Of a stretch of 64,000 nucleotides of DNA, positions 36,421-50,690 are shown piece by piece (within the stretch, counting starts at the first letter, position 1; the number at the start of each line of letters is the position of its first letter). The notes under the pieces are model-generated. The model was given only the letters and a program-made list of their open reading frames with translations, was not told where the DNA came from and did not search any database. Both the position numbers and the translations under genes were made by a program. Origin of the DNA: Raja brachyura (lineage: Eukaryota). The stretch is from the NCBI GenBank assembly GCA_963514005.1, contig OY740783.1:6138001-6202000 (forward strand). The letters run 5' to 3'.

Positions 36421-38079
36421 CTATGAAAGCTAACATACCATTCGCTTTCTTCATTGCATGCTGTACCTGCATGCCTACTTTCAATGACTGGTGTACCATG
36501 ACACCCAGGTCGGGCTGCATCTCCCCTTTTCCTAATCGGCCTCCATTTAGATAATAGTCTGTTTTCCTATTTTTGCCACCAAAGTGGATAACCTCACATT
36601 TATCCACATTATACTGCATCTGCCAAACATTTGCCCACTCACCCAGCCTATCCAAGTCACCTTGCAGTCTCCTAGCATCTTCCTCACAGCTAACACTGCC
36701 CCCCAGCTTAGTGTCATCCACAAACTTGGAGATATTGCCTTCAATTCCCTCATCCAGATCATTAATGTATATTGTAAATAGCTGGGGTCCCAGCACTGAG
36801 CCTTGCGGTACCCCACTAGTCACTGCCTGCCATTGTGAAAACGACCCGTTTACTCCTTCTCTTTGCTTCCTGTTTGCCAGCCAGTTCTCTATCCACATCA
36901 AAACTGAACCCCCAATGCCATATGCTTTAAGTTTATATACTAATCTCTTATGTGGGACCTTGTCGAAAGCCTTCTGGAAGTCCAGATACACCACTTCCAC
37001 TGGTTCTCCCCTATCCACGCTATTAGTTACATCCTCGAAAAATTCCACAAGATTTGTCAGACATGATTTACCTTTCGTAAATCCATGCTGACTTTGTCCA
37101 ATGATTTCATCATTTTCCAAATGCGCTGCTATCCCATCTTTAATAACTGACTCTAGCAGTTTCCCCACTACCGATGTTAGACTAACTGGTCTGTAATTCC
37201 CCGTTTTCTCTCTCCACCCCCCCCCCCCCTTCTTAAAAAGAGGGGTTACATTTGCTACCCGCCAATCCTCAGGAACTACTCCAGAATCTAAAGAGTTTTG
37301 AAAGATTGTCACTAATGCATCCACTATTTCCGGAGCTACTTCCTTAAGTAGTCTGGGATGCAGCCTATCTGGCCCTGGGGATTTATCGGCCTTTAATCCA
37401 TTCAATTTACCCAACACCACTTCCTGACTAACCTGGATTTCACTTACCTTTGGACTGTACAGACTGTTGTCGAGATTTGTAAAGGTTTTTTGAGCAGGAG
37501 CATCCAAATATAAAGTGCTGGAGTAACTCAGCAGGTCAGGCAGCATCTGTGGAGAACATGGACAGGTGACGTTTCACAGAGTGCTGGAGTAACTCAGTGG
37601 GTCACGTTTGATGCCAAACGTGAAGAGTACAACATTGGGCAGCTCAGTCGGGGAGTTCACTGTTTGTGTGAAGTATTGTCTTTGATATAGCTCGGATGTT
37701 GCTGTGCCAGTTTGATTATGAAAATAGTCAATGTATTCTTCTGCCCTGTAGGATTCACTACTGCAGACAGTACATGTGACTAACCTTGAAACATTGGGCC
37801 TAGGGTTATTTTTCCAGGCCCTTAATAACTGTTGAAGATTAATTTAACTTTTTATTTTCAGATAGACTAAGTTACATACAAAACAAACCAATGTCACGTT
37901 AGTGATTTGAAGTCTGATGACATCCTCCTTCACACCTAGGGAGGAAGAGATTCCAATTGTAATTGAAGGTCATGAGAAACAGGATCAGCCATTGAAAGGA
38001 TTGTAGTGAACCTTACAGGGTAGCAGAATACATTGACTACTGTAATTCCCTGCCACAGCAACATGCCAGCTTTGTTGAA

Positions 38080-38410
38080 GGGCAGCACAGTGGTTGAGTT
38101 GTTGCCTTAGTGCCAGAGACACTGGTTCTGTACGGAGTTTGTACGTTCTCCCGGTGACCAAGTGGGTTTTCTCCGATTTTATCCTTCATGTTTTCCCCCT
38201 TATCCTTCATGTTTTATCACTGTCACATCTGGCCTTCGTCACTTATTCCATCCATTTGCCAACCACCCACCCTCACATGCCAGGCTTTGTCCCAGCCCCA
38301 CTTTCCATCTTTCTCCCCCTTCAGTCTGAAGGTTTCTAACCCAATCTGTCTATTTCCCCCACAGATGCTGCCTGACCCTAAGTTCCTCCAGTATTTCTGC
38401 TCGGCATTCC
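38080..38410 (+). mobile_element. V-SINE head followed by a Penelope-type terminal fragment
   Basis: GGGCAGCACAGTGG..GTACGGAGTTTGTACGTTCTCC; CAGTCTGAAGG..CAGATGCTGCCTGACC. Confidence 0.65.
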
Positions 38411-39327
38411 AGCAACCTGAAATCCAAGGAATGTGACCACAAAGCAATTGGGAAAAGACATTGTTAATCTTTCTCAAAGATTTATCCCCATTGAAACCAC
38501 GAGAGGATCTAAACAAGGACCTTCTCTTCATACCATCTCCACAAAGACTAGATTAGGTAGACATGGTTATAACAAAAAACAGATCACTTTAAGGATTGAA
38601 ATCTCCTGACATCCTTGATCACACCCTCTATCACAAGCAGTACTTGGAACAGCAAGTTGACAAAGCACATCTATCACAAACCATAGGAAACTGGGGACAT
38701 TAGAAGATATCCAAAGACCTTGGCACATCAACCAGAAACAAGCAGAGTAATTGTAGATGGAGAAACAGGTAGATTCTACATTCACCTCAAAGTATCAAAC
38801 ATTGGATGGTCAAGGCCTGGAAAAATAACACTTGGCCCAATGTTTCAAGGTCAGTTTACGTCACATGTACCAATTAAGGTACAGTGAAATTCAAATGAGT
38901 CTGCAGTAGTGAATCCTACAAGGTGGAAGAATACATTGACTATTTTCATAATCAAACTGGCACAGTAACATCCCAGCTATATCAAAGCCAACACTTCACA
39001 CAAACCGTGAACTCCCCGACTGAGCTGCCCAATGCTGTACTCTTCACGATTGGCATCAAACGTGACCCACTGAGTTACTCCAGTGCTCTGTGAAACATCA
39101 CCTATCCATGTTCTCCACAGATGCTGCCTGACCCGCTGAGTTACTCCAGCATTTTGAGCAAGAGCATCCAAGTATCTACAACAGTCTGTCCAGTCCAAAG
39201 CTCAATGAATGACCACTCCACGCATTCCTTTCACCTGAAAGTCCTTCATAAGAATTCATAATAAACAAGCTTTGATTAGGGTAGTTAACATTAACCATTT
39301 CACACAAGTGGTTAACAACTAGCTCAC

Positions 39328-42300
39328 GGACTTCCGTCGGTGCTTTGGAGTAAGGCAGACTCGCGCCGTTTAGCTCCACAAAAAATTGATTACAAACGGC
39401 GGGGGCAAAAATCGAACTTACCTGCAGTACAACGGTACCGGTTGCTTGCAGTAAGCGTGTGACGTCATCAAGCGTGCGACAACACCGGCGGTATGTCTAC
39501 TCTACATACACACACACCAGGTTGAGAAAACCCGGTAAGAAGTAGGCCCGACTCAGGTTTAACATCGTCCCAAGAAGAGATCTCAAAGAAGAAGAAAAAC
39601 AGATGTGGAAGAATTAAGAAGTTTCCTCGCACAAGAAATCTCAAATATAATGGAAGAATTGAAAAAACTTAAACAGAACTTCAAGGAAGAATTGAATTTT
39701 TTTTTAAAAGAAATTAAAGAAGAAATTCAAGGAGATGTCGTAGCCTCTGTACATGAAGTACTGGAATCCTGGAAGTTAAACATGGAAGAAAATCTTAATC
39801 AAAAGATTGAAGAGGTAAATGTTAAATTGAATTTGATGGAATCCGCATTTAATTCAAAGTTGGACCCCATTTCCCAGGCACTAGAGCAACAACATAACAC
39901 TGTAATTGAATTAGAGGAAATTGCTGAAACAAGCTGTAAAACTACAAGAAAGCTTCTCTCCGAGAACAAGCATTTATCAGACATTGCATAAAATAACTGA
40001 AAAATGTATTGACTTGGAGGGACGTCAGAGACGCCAGAATCTAAGAATTATGGGCGTTTGGGAAGGCAGAGAGGGGAACCGTGACCCCCGTGAATTTGCT
40101 GCAGATCTATTGAAGAAAGTTTTAAATCGGATCAAGCACCTTTACTTGCTTGTGTACGTACAGCAATGAGACGCCGTCCAGGGGCGGACGCCCCCCCAAG
40201 ACAACAGATAGTGAAGGTGCAATATGACCATGTTTTGGATGGTATGATGAAGAAAATCGTTCGCAGCAGAAATCTCGAATTTGGATCGGTATATTTCGAG
40301 ATTACCCTGCGGAGGTCGCCAAGAAAAGAGCATTGTTTACAGACACAAGAAGAATACTTAAGAACATAAAAAAACCTGAGATATGGACTGATGTACCCCG
40401 CAACATTGAGAATCACCTACGACAAGAAGGAATATTTCTTCTCCAAGCACACACAGGCCCTTGAATTTGCAAAGAACATCGAGAGCGAGAGTGAGACTGA
40501 GGATTGAATAACATTCAACACTCACCTGACGATACCGGATATTGTTACCCCACAGAGAAGAAATTGAACTTTAAATTGCTATACTTAAGGACTGTCTAGA
40601 ATTTAGAATGAGAATTGAGTAGTTATCTTGTTATTGTTATATAATATTTTATATTTTAGTACTAATTATTACTAATTACTACTAATCATGATTACTAATT
40701 ATTATTAATTATTGTTAACTGGATCAAATTAGAATTAGCTAAAAGGATGAATTATAAGTAATGTGTGATTCAGGCAATTTATTAATAAAAATGTTGGAGG
40801 TTTACTCCGTGGTACTTTTGACTAATCGTTGACTAATATTTTTGCTATACGAGACTAATATTTTACTTTGAGACTAATTATTATATTCCACTAGTGGAAT
40901 ATAACCATTGTTTTCCATCCCCCATGTAATGTTTTTATTGAAATTGAAGATTTCCTTTTAAGGAAAGTACGGAGCTAGTAATATTTTTTTTACCAAAAGA
41001 AGCCCTTAGATGTCTAGCCACATTAGGGTGGCTATCACTAACTGCACTAACTATAGATGTAGTTTTTTTTCTTTCTTTTACACTTTACTAATATAACACT
41101 CTTACTTTTTCTATTTTATATTATATTATAATTTTTATTTTGAATGGAATTATAAGTTTTATTTAAGGAGATATGTCCGAGAAGAAAATCTACGAGATCT
41201 AAAATTAATCTATCTGAAGTTCGGGTGTAAGGTAGGGTTTAATGTGCTGAACCATCTGCTCAATCATATACCACCTTAATCATGATGCAAGATGTAAATG
41301 TGAAAACTGTGGGTGAAGGAATTGCATTCTGTAGTTGGAATGTTAAGGGAATTAATGAACCCATCAAGAGAGGTAAAGTATTAGCTCATTTAAAATTGCT
41401 TAAAACGGATATATTTCCCCAGGAAACTCATCTTAAAAAGCACAACACAGATTGAAAGCAAAATAGATTGCTCAAACGCGTCACTCTTAATTCACACATA
41501 AATCTAGAGGGGTTGCAATATTAATCCGTAAATGTATACCTTTTAAACATATATCAACTATAGAAGATATTGACGGCAAATATATTGTAGTAGTAGGCGA
41601 GTTATACTAAAAAAAAGTGACTCTCCTTAACGTATATGGACCAAATTTTGATAGCCCATTGTTTTTCAAGAGAATATTCAATACTATCCCGGAATGCACA
41701 CAAAATAATTTAATAATTGGTGGAGACTTAAATTGTACACTAGATTCTTATTTAGACAGATCATCAACTCAAAGAAATTTAAAATCTCAGTCAAGTGAAT
41801 TTTTAAACTCATATATTAATACTACCAATATCAAGGATGCCTGGGGAATTGAAAATCCATCTGGACGAGAATATTCATTTTATTCACCGGTGCATAAAAC
41901 ATATTCAAGGATAGACTATTTCTTAGTAGACTCTAAACTTATTCCATTCACCTACAACTCGCAATATCATAACATTATAATCTCGGACCATGCTCCAATA
42001 ACATTTATGATTAAACTAAACGGAATGGACAAGAAACAGACACAATGGAGACTTAATCCTCAAATTGTAAATGTAAAGGTATGTTATGAATATCTTGTAA
42101 AACAGATTAATATGTTTTTCGAGGCCAATGACCATCCTGGAACCTCTGCCTCCCTTCTTTGGGAAACATTTAAAGTTTTACTTGAGGAGCATTAATCTCC
42201 ATTAAAATGGAAATAAGGCAATTAGACATAGAAAATGCAGTAGCACCTTCTTTGGCAAAACACAATAAAATTGCAGCACTGAAATATAAGTTAAATAAAA

Positions 42301-45294
42301 TATACTCAGACCAAGTTAAAACTTTATCAACATACAAAACAATTAAACTTTGAATTTGGTGATAAACCACAAAAACTATTAGCACGTCAGCTTCGTAAAC
42401 TGGATGTGGAAAAAACTATTTATAAAATTAGATCAGACAAGGGAGAAATATTAACACACCCTAAAGATATTAATGACAGATTTTCACAATACTATCAATA
42501 TCTTTACTGAACTAAAGTGACAGAACAATCAACAGGAGTGGAAGCATTTTTACAGAAATATAACCTTACGGGTTTAGATTTGCAAGAGCAAGAACTACTA
42601 GGTGCTAAAATAATGATAAAAGATATTGAAGAGTCAATTAGATCTTTAAAAAATGGAAAGGCTGCAGGGCCTGATGGCCTAAGCTCCGAATTTTATAAAA
42701 CATTTTATGATCTGAATTCCCCACGCTTACAAACACTGTATAAACACGTTTATACTCAACAGAAACTCCCAGAAACTTTAAACGAATCTACAATAATACT
42801 TATACCCAAAACTGATAAGGATCTGGAAAATCCGGGCTCATATAGAGCAATAGCTCTTAAATACTGATCAGAAAATATTAACTAAAATCCTATCTCATAG
42901 ATTGAGTTTAGAGATTAACAAATTAATACACCCTGACCAAACAGGTTTTATTCCAAAATGTTACTCATTTTACAATTTGAGACGACTATTTAATATTATA
43001 TACTCAAATAGAATTGCTAATGCAGATCTAGCAATTATTTCGCTAGATGCTGAAAAAGCATTTGATTAGGTAGTATGGTCATATTTATTTTCGTTGATGG
43101 AAAAATTTCAATTGGGAGAGAAGTACTGTACATGGGTTAATGTACAGTACTTCTCTCCCAATGGCTTTTATATTCTAACCCAACAGCTAGAATACTAACA
43201 AACCAAATGTTATCAACTAAATTTAATCTTTCTAGAGGTTGTAGACAAGGATGCCCGCTATCCCCATTATTATTCGCTCTAGCAATTGAACCACTAGCAG
43301 AAAGAATCAGAGCTCATCCTGAAATACACGGGTATAATACTAAAGACACAATGAATAAAATCTCCTTATATGCAGATGATGTATTAATATATATTCCAAA
43401 GCCAGAAACAAGTATTCCAAATTTATTAAATCTAATAACTCAATTTGGTCAGTTTTCAGGATATAGGATTAATTGGAATAAAAGCGAAATCATGCCAATA
43501 ACGGAACTCAATTTACATACACTCCAACAATCCCCTTTTAAAATAGTTGAGGAAAAATTAAAATATTTAGGTATTTATGTAACTAAGACGTATACTTCTT
43601 TATTTAAATCAAATTTCCCACCTTTACTGAATAAACTAAAGAAGAATATTCAGTATTGGAAAACACTCCCCATCTCAATGTTTGGTAGAAGTAATGCTAT
43701 AAAAATGATCTTTTTGCCGCAATTACTGTACTTATTTCAATCAATCCCGATATATATCCCAAAATCTTTTTTTTAAAGTCGACTCTACTGTTACGTTTCA
43801 TTTGGGATTATTAGAATCATAGAATAAGCAAAAAACATTTATGTAAATCAAAGGTAAATGGAGGTTCAGCGTCACCAAATGTTCTGTTTTATTTTTGGGC
43901 AGTCCATGTTAAAAACATGAATTTCTGGCAGGAAGAAATGGATCAGCAACCTGACTGGTTAAGGATGGAAAAGTAGGACTGTTTACCTTTTGAAATCGGT
44001 TCGATTATGTTTGCTCCCATAAACTTGCACAAAAAAACCTATAGGGAAAACCCTATAATACATAGTGGTACACGAATCTGGAAATCATTAAAAAAGGCTT
44101 CAAAAATTGGATAATATGCCACTCTGTCTCCCCATTGTAAACAATCCCTTATTCAAACCTTCCATGCTGGATAAAGGTTTCACACAATGGAAAAATTATG
44201 GAATTAAAAAGATGGGACATCTTTATAAGATAGACACTTTTATTTTATTTCAGGAGTTACAACAGATTTATGGACTACACACAAATATTTATTTTAGATA
44301 TCTACAACTTAGAGATTATGTTAAATCCAATACACAAGATTATAGGAGTAGGGAACCAGAAATCTTTGATGAATGTTTGAATAAACATCCTAATACAGAA
44401 AAATTAACGTATATTTAAAATATCCTTTTAGATAGCGAGGTTCCAACCCATAATGAAATATATCTGGGACAAAGGTTTACAATATATGCATCAATGCTCG
44501 TTAAATGCCAGACAAGCTTTAATAAAATTTAAAGTATTACACAGATTACACTACTCTAAAGTAAAACTAAATAGAATTTGTCCACATATCTCTCCTATCT
44601 GCGATAAATGTCAGCATCTAGAGGCTAACTTAACACATACTTTTGCAAATTGTATTAAAAAAAAATAATTCTGGATTGATATTTTTAGAATAATTTCTGA
44701 AGTTGTTAATACTAAACTGGATCCCGACTCAAAACTAATAATATTTGGAATATCAGAACAAAGTTTAACACTCACAACAAGCCAAAGAAACTTTCTAGAC
44801 TACAGTATAATAACTGGGAAGAAATTAATATTAAAATTTTGGAAAGGCCCTATAACCCCACAATTAAAATGTGGATTATGGAAATGTCGGAGACCTTACA
44901 CCTGGAAAGAATCAGATTTGTCTTAATGGACAAACAAGAATTTTTTGTTAGAATATGGCCCTCGTTCATCGATTATTTGAAAGGGCAGATTGGTTCTGCA
45001 CGGGAACCTAACTGAAACTGGGACTCAGGATCAGATGAAAAGTTATACTCTTTGACCCTATCTCCAATGATGTATTAATAGTAAATAATTCCATTTTTTT
45101 TTTCTTCTTTTTTTTAATCTTGACATATATGATTTTTTTTCTCTCTCTCTTTAACTTTCTATCTATATTTAAAAAAAGCTATTAGAAGCAGAATGAATCA
45201 ATTGATAATATTAATAATGTATGATTGATGCACATGAAATGTTTTCACCATAATATGTATTGGCCTCTAATAAAAATATACAAAAAAATTAAAA
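39328..45294 (+). mobile_element. Full-length, more decayed L1 (copy B, a different family from copy A)
   Basis: TSD AACTAGCTCAC at 39317-39327 and 45295-45305; ORF1 remnants about 39490-40500; ORF2 remnants from ATG 41282 to about 45012; AATAAA and A-tail. Confidence 0.94.
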
Positions 45295-45904
45295 AACTAG
45301 CTCACATTAACTTTCCTCAACCACGTACAATGTAGATCCACTTTAAATTCCACAATGTCTTTTTAATCATAACAATTAATCATCAACTGAAAACCAGTCT
45401 TCTTAAAGTGCCCCAATTCAAACACAATTGGACAGCTATCCCGGAGCCAAATTCATTCTTGCCACCACCTTCATGAAATAAACAGAACCACACCCAGAAA
45501 TCAGTCTGAAGGCCCCCAACACAAAATCTCACCTATCCATGTTCTCCACAGATGCTGCCTGACCTGTTGAGTTACTCCAGCACTCTGTGTCGTTTTTGTA
45601 AACCAGCACCTGCAGTTCCTTGATTTTCATCCCAAAACTTCCCTGGTTTCAGGGCTTTTACTAAGTTTGGCATCTGGGCAATGGGTGCATTACGGGGAAA
45701 GGAAACCGGCCACAGAGCAATAAAGAACCATTTTGCTGTAAAGAGCACAATTAAACCTAATTTGTAGACAGCGCTCACAATGGGCATTGAATTCATATAA
45801 CAGGTCACTCCAATTTGTGGTCAACACTCCCACTGTGTGGTGATTCGCTGCATTGCAGGCCCTTCTGATATGTGGACAAAGTACTGGTTTGACTTGGCAA
45901 CAAC

Positions 45905-46852
45905 AATAATTCAGAATCAGAATGCCTTTTATTGCCTCTATACACATGTACAATGAGATTAAAAGCTGCTCCTACTCAGTGCAAAAACAAAACAAAAAAG
46001 GGGGGGGGGGATAAGGTGCACAGTTTCTGCGGCGCTATATACATATCTATAAAAAGACAATGGATAAATAGAATGGATAATAGGATTCCTATATCCAGTA
46101 TGGGTTATTGCACATATTGGAAATTACAGTTACAGTACAAATTACAGTAGGTGGATTGATGAAAGTCCGGGGGTTAGGCTGTGAAGTCAGTGCATGTGTG
46201 AGTCCAGGGAGATAATGGATTTTGGAAAGAAACTGTTCTTGAGTCTATTTGTCCTTGTGCTGATGCACCTATAGCGCCTCCCTGAGGGTAGCAGGTTGAA
46301 CAGGCCAAATGCAGGATGGGAGCTGTCCTTGATAATGTTCTTCGCCCTGCTGAGGCAGCGGGAGGTGTAAATGTCCATCAGAGAGGGGAGACGGCAGCCG
46401 ATGATCTTCTGTGCTGCCCTAACTACCCTCTGAAGCCTCTCCCTGTCTGCCATGGTGCAGCTGCCGTACCATGCTGTAATGCAGTATGTCAACAGGCTCT
46501 CAATGGACGAGCGGTAGAAGGTCAGCAGCAGGTTGGAGTCCAGGTTGTGCTTCCTGAGGACCATCGGGAAGTGCAGCCGCTGCTGAGCCTTCTTGATGAC
46601 CGCTGTGATGTTGTCTGTCCAGGAGATGTCAGCGGAGATGAGGACGCTGAGAAACCGGAAGGTGTGGACCCTCTCCACACACTCGCCGTTGATGTATAAG
46701 GGGACTAAGTCGGTGCTGTGCTTCCTGAAGTCGACAATGAGCTCTTTGGTTTTCTTGGTGTTCAGAGCCAGATTGTTTTCTGAGCACCAGGCTGTCAACT
46801 TCAGGACTTCCTCTCTGTAGGCTGCCTCATCTCCCCTTGAGATGAGTCCTAT
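45905..46852 (-). mobile_element. 5'-truncated Rex1/Babar LINE
   Basis: ORF 46187-46915 (DEAAYREEV..KTKELIVDFRK..RTNRLKNSFFP); (TTCTGA)n tail. Confidence 0.9.
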
Positions 46853-47130
46853 ACATTGCCAATTCTTGGCAATATCCTCATAAATCTTGTCTGCACATTT
46901 TCCCAGGGTCTCCAAACATTGGAGACAGAGATAGCATCAGCTCATTCGGAAATTTTATACAACCTTATTCCAATCCACAGCAGACCAATTGTTCCAAGTC
47001 ACTGGGTTCACGGTAAGAATATCCTTCAGCCCAATACTCTACATTATTCCTGCATCTGTTGCACCTCCTTGTCCCACACTTTGCTTCAATCATTTACAAT
47101 TATCACTGATCAACATTGTACCACAGATAG

Positions 47131-47497
47131 ACACAGAGTGCTGGAGCAACTCAGCGGGTCAGGCAGCATCTGTGGAGAAAATGTATAGGTGACGTTCCAC
47201 AGAGTGCTGGAGTAACTCAGCGGGTCAGGCAGCATCTGTGGAGAACATGGCTAGGTGACGTTTCACAGAGTGCTGGAATAACTCAGCGGGTCAGGCAGCA
47301 TCTGTGGAGAAAATGTATAGGTGACGTTCTACAGAGTGCTGGAGTAACTCAGCGGGTCAGGCAGCATCTGTGGAGAACGTGGATAGGTGATGTTTCACAG
47401 AGTGCTGGAGTAACTCAGCGGGTCAGGCAGCATCTGTGGAGAACATGGATAGGTGACATTTCACAGAGTGCTGGAGTAACTCAGCGGGTCAGGCAGC
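47131..47497 (-). repeat. 66-bp tandem array (about 5.5 copies) derived from the Penelope-type terminal repeat
   Basis: Unit CAGAGTGCTGGAGTAACTCAGCGGGTCAGGCAGCATCTGTGGAGAACATGGATAGGTGACGTTTCA. Confidence 0.88.
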
Positions 47498-47924
47498 TTT
47501 TCTCGAGGAAAAGGATGGGTGGTATTTTGGGTAAGAACCCTTCTTCTATTCCATCCCCAAATCACTTGTTTGTCCAGAGATGCTGCCTGACCCACTCAGT
47601 TACTCCAACAACGTGTCTATCTTTGGTATAAACCAACATCTACAGGTCTTTGCTTCTACATTTTACATCAGCCAGATTCAATTTCAGTTGTGTTAAGGTT
47701 AGAGTATCATCACTTTAGTGAAGATACATCCTTTTACTTCTGACACTGTGCCCTCTGGTCCGAGACTCTCCTACTAGTAGAAACATCCTTTTAGTTCAGA
47801 GATACAGCGCAGAAGCAGCCCAATTCCAGTTGCACCAGAAAAATAATCATTGAAAACCCTGGACATTTCAAATGACACAATTGAAAGGGAAAGTCAGCAG
47901 AATTAATCAAAGAAGCAAACACAA

Positions 47925-48945
47925 TGTGGGGGTTTTGGTTCCCTTTACTCCACTTTGAGCCCAACTTCCCGAGTTATTCTCTCCCTTGTTGGTGGGTCAA
48001 TCGGCCACCGATCCACTCGAGCGGTTCCCAAGAGAGAGATACAACAAAAGGGATTCCCCCGGGTTCGAGACCTCGGAATTATGGTGGAATATGATAAAAG
48101 GTTGACTTGACCAGAGCGTGCTGATGAGAGAAAACAGAAACCAAGACGGACTCAAAGCAAGTCTAAAATGTACAGGCTTTATTAAACAATAAGAAATCGA
48201 ATCTCACCAACACTACATAATACGGGGCTAAACTTATGCTGTAAACTAAGACTATGGAAAGAAAACTATCGGGCATATCATAAAAACTTACTTTACACAA
48301 TTTCACTTACAGTACACCCCCTTTCCCCTTCTTCCCTCAACCTCTATCCGATTTCGGGAACTTCACCAGGTCACTTAGGTACTTACAGCTTAGATTTGAT
48401 GCAGGGTCCGGAGTCGCCCAGCAGAGCAGAAAAAGAGAGCAAGTCCTTGCTTGGCTCCTGCCTTTATACCCGAGTTTCTCCTTTGAAACCTCCCAGGTGG
48501 TCCTCTGGGCAAAAGGGTCTTTCGATGCTTCCCAGTTTCGATCTGGCATGAACAATAGGCTTTCAATGATTATGTGGTTTGCTGATGTCATGATACCTCT
48601 GCCTGATCGTTATACCATTGCCTAGATGGGCTCCGATTGTCCCGACGGATGGGTCATCCACAATGGTGATTGGCATGTTGCTGGGCTGTTTACCACCGTC
48701 TGCTGAGGCTCGGTACATTCCTTTGTCTATCCAAGATAATCTCGTTATCTCCGTCCCGGCCTTTCCTGCCCACACCATTCGCATAGTCATGTAATGCCCA
48801 GGCCCACAGACAGGTTTTAAATTGGGTCTTCCTTTGTGGATTGGGGGTTATTCCTTTGCAACCAGCAAGTCTGTTTTTCAAAATGTCCATGTCCTTGTCC
48901 CAAAGTTCTTCCATAATTTTGGAGGATTTGCCCCAATAACTTACA
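47925..48945 (-). mobile_element. Probable solo LTR (ERV-like)
   Basis: TG..CA ends; flanks ACAA/CCAA (3 of 4 match); minus-strand TATAAA near 48465 followed by AATAAA near 48180; no ORF. Confidence 0.55.
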
Positions 48946-49174
48946 CCAATTCAGTAGAGAGCGATAGTGTTCTCACCGACCTCATGCTCTGGAGATGTCG
49001 ATCCACATCAGACACAAGGGGAGACTCCCTGCCTCTACCCTGATCACTGCACTTAGACAACAGCCCGGGACCACTGCTCCCAACAACAGCCCAGGACCAC
49101 TGCTTCCATCCACAGAACAACTGCACTCAGACACTCCCTCAACTCCGCCTTTTATACACAGGAGTTGACAATTT

Positions 49175-50690
49175 CTGCTAATGTTAGCCCACTTTTCAAG
49201 AAAGGAGCGAGAGAGAAAACAGGGAATTACGTACCAGTTAGCCTGACTTCGGTGGTGGGAAAGATGCTGGAGTCAATTATTAAAGAGGTAATAATGGGGC
49301 ATTTGGATAGCAGTAAAAGGATTAGTCCAAGTCAACATGGATTTATAAAAGGGAAATCATGCTTGACTAATCTTCTGGAATTTTTTGAGGATGTGACGAG
49401 TAAATTGGATGAAGGGGTGCCAGTGGGTGTGGTATATCTAGACTTTCAGAAAGCCTTTGATAAGGTCCCACACGGGAGACTGGTGGCTAAAATGAGAGCA
49501 CATGGTATTGGGGGTAGGGTGTTGACATGGATAGAAAATTGGTTGGCAGACCGGAAGCAAAGAGTAGGAGTGAACGGGTCCTTTTCAGAATGGCAGGCAG
49601 TGTCGAGTGGAGTGCCACAAGGCTCGGTGTTGGGGCCGCAACTGTTTACCATATATATTAATGATTTGGAAGAGGGAATTAGGAGCAACACTAACAAGTT
49701 TGCAGATGACACAAAGCTGGGTGGCAGTGTGAACAGTGAAGAGGATGTTAGGAGGTTGCAGGGGGACCTGGATAGGTTAACTGAGTGGGCAGATGCATGG
49801 CAGATGCAGTATAATATAGATAAATGTGAGGTTATCCACTTTAGCGGCAAAAACAAGGGGGCAGATTATTATCTCAATGGGGTTAGGTTAGGTAAGGGGG
49901 AGGTACAGCGAGACCTGGGTGTCATTGTACACCGGTCACTGAAAGTTGACGTGCAGGTACAACAGGCAGTGAAGAAAGCTAATGGAATGTTGGCCTTCAT
50001 AACAAGAGGATTTCAGTACAGGAGTAAAGAGGTTCTTCTGCAGTTGTATACGGCTCTGGTGAGACCACATCTGGAATATTGTGTACAGTTTTGGTCTCCT
50101 AATTTGAGGAAGGACATCCTTGTGATTGAGGCAGTGCAGCGTATTTACGAGATTGATCCCTGGGATGGCGGGACTGTCATGTGAGGAAAGATTGAATAGA
50201 CTAGGTGTTAAAGAAGGAATTGCAGATGCTGGAGAATCGAGGGTTACACAAAAAGCTGGAGAAACTCAGCGGGTGCAGCAGCATCTAAGGAGCGAAGGAG
50301 ATAGGCGACGTTTCGGGTCGAGACCCTAGACTAGGCTTGTATTCACGAGTTTAGAAAGATGATGCTAGATGCAGGAAAAATGCAAGCTAGATGCAGGAAA
50401 AATGTTCCCAATGTTGGACGAGTCCAGAACCAGGGGCCACACTTAGAATAAAGGGGAGGTCATTTGAGACTGAGGTAAGAAAAAACGTTTTCTCCCAGAG
50501 AGTTGTGAATTTATGGAATTCCCTGTCACAGAGGATGGATTTAAGAGAAAGTTAGAAAGAGCTCTAGGGGCTGGTGGTGTCAAGGGAGAAGGCAGGCATG
50601 GGTTATTGATAGCGGACGATCAGCCATGATCACAAAGAATGGCGGTGCTGGCTCGAAGGGCCGAATGACCTCCTCCTGCACCTATGTTTC
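49175..50690 (+). mobile_element. 5'-truncated CR1 with a Penelope-type insertion at about 50205-50327
   Basis: ORF 49165-50184 is CR1 RT; 3' UTR ends near 50690. Confidence 0.9.

Larger units (their letters stand above)
29924..37445 (-). mobile_element. Outer CR1 of a three-level nest (pieces 29924-30557 and 36421-37445)
   Basis: ORFs 30013-30609 and 36413-37546 join across the TSD CTATGAAAG (30549-30557, 36421-36429). Confidence 0.9.
29170..45862. repeat. Old inverted duplication: left arm 29170-29923 + 37446-37823, right arm 38811-39327 + 45295-45862
   Basis: Continuous reverse-complement similarity once the CR1 nest and L1 copy B are removed. Confidence 0.9.

Noticed and set aside
37824-38810. 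Coding content in the spacer of the inverted duplication
   Set aside because: Short frames only; no recognisable transposase or other domain
48941-48985. MRSVRTLSLS as an Ig VH leader
   Set aside because: No hydrophobic core, and no V exon or recombination signal nearby
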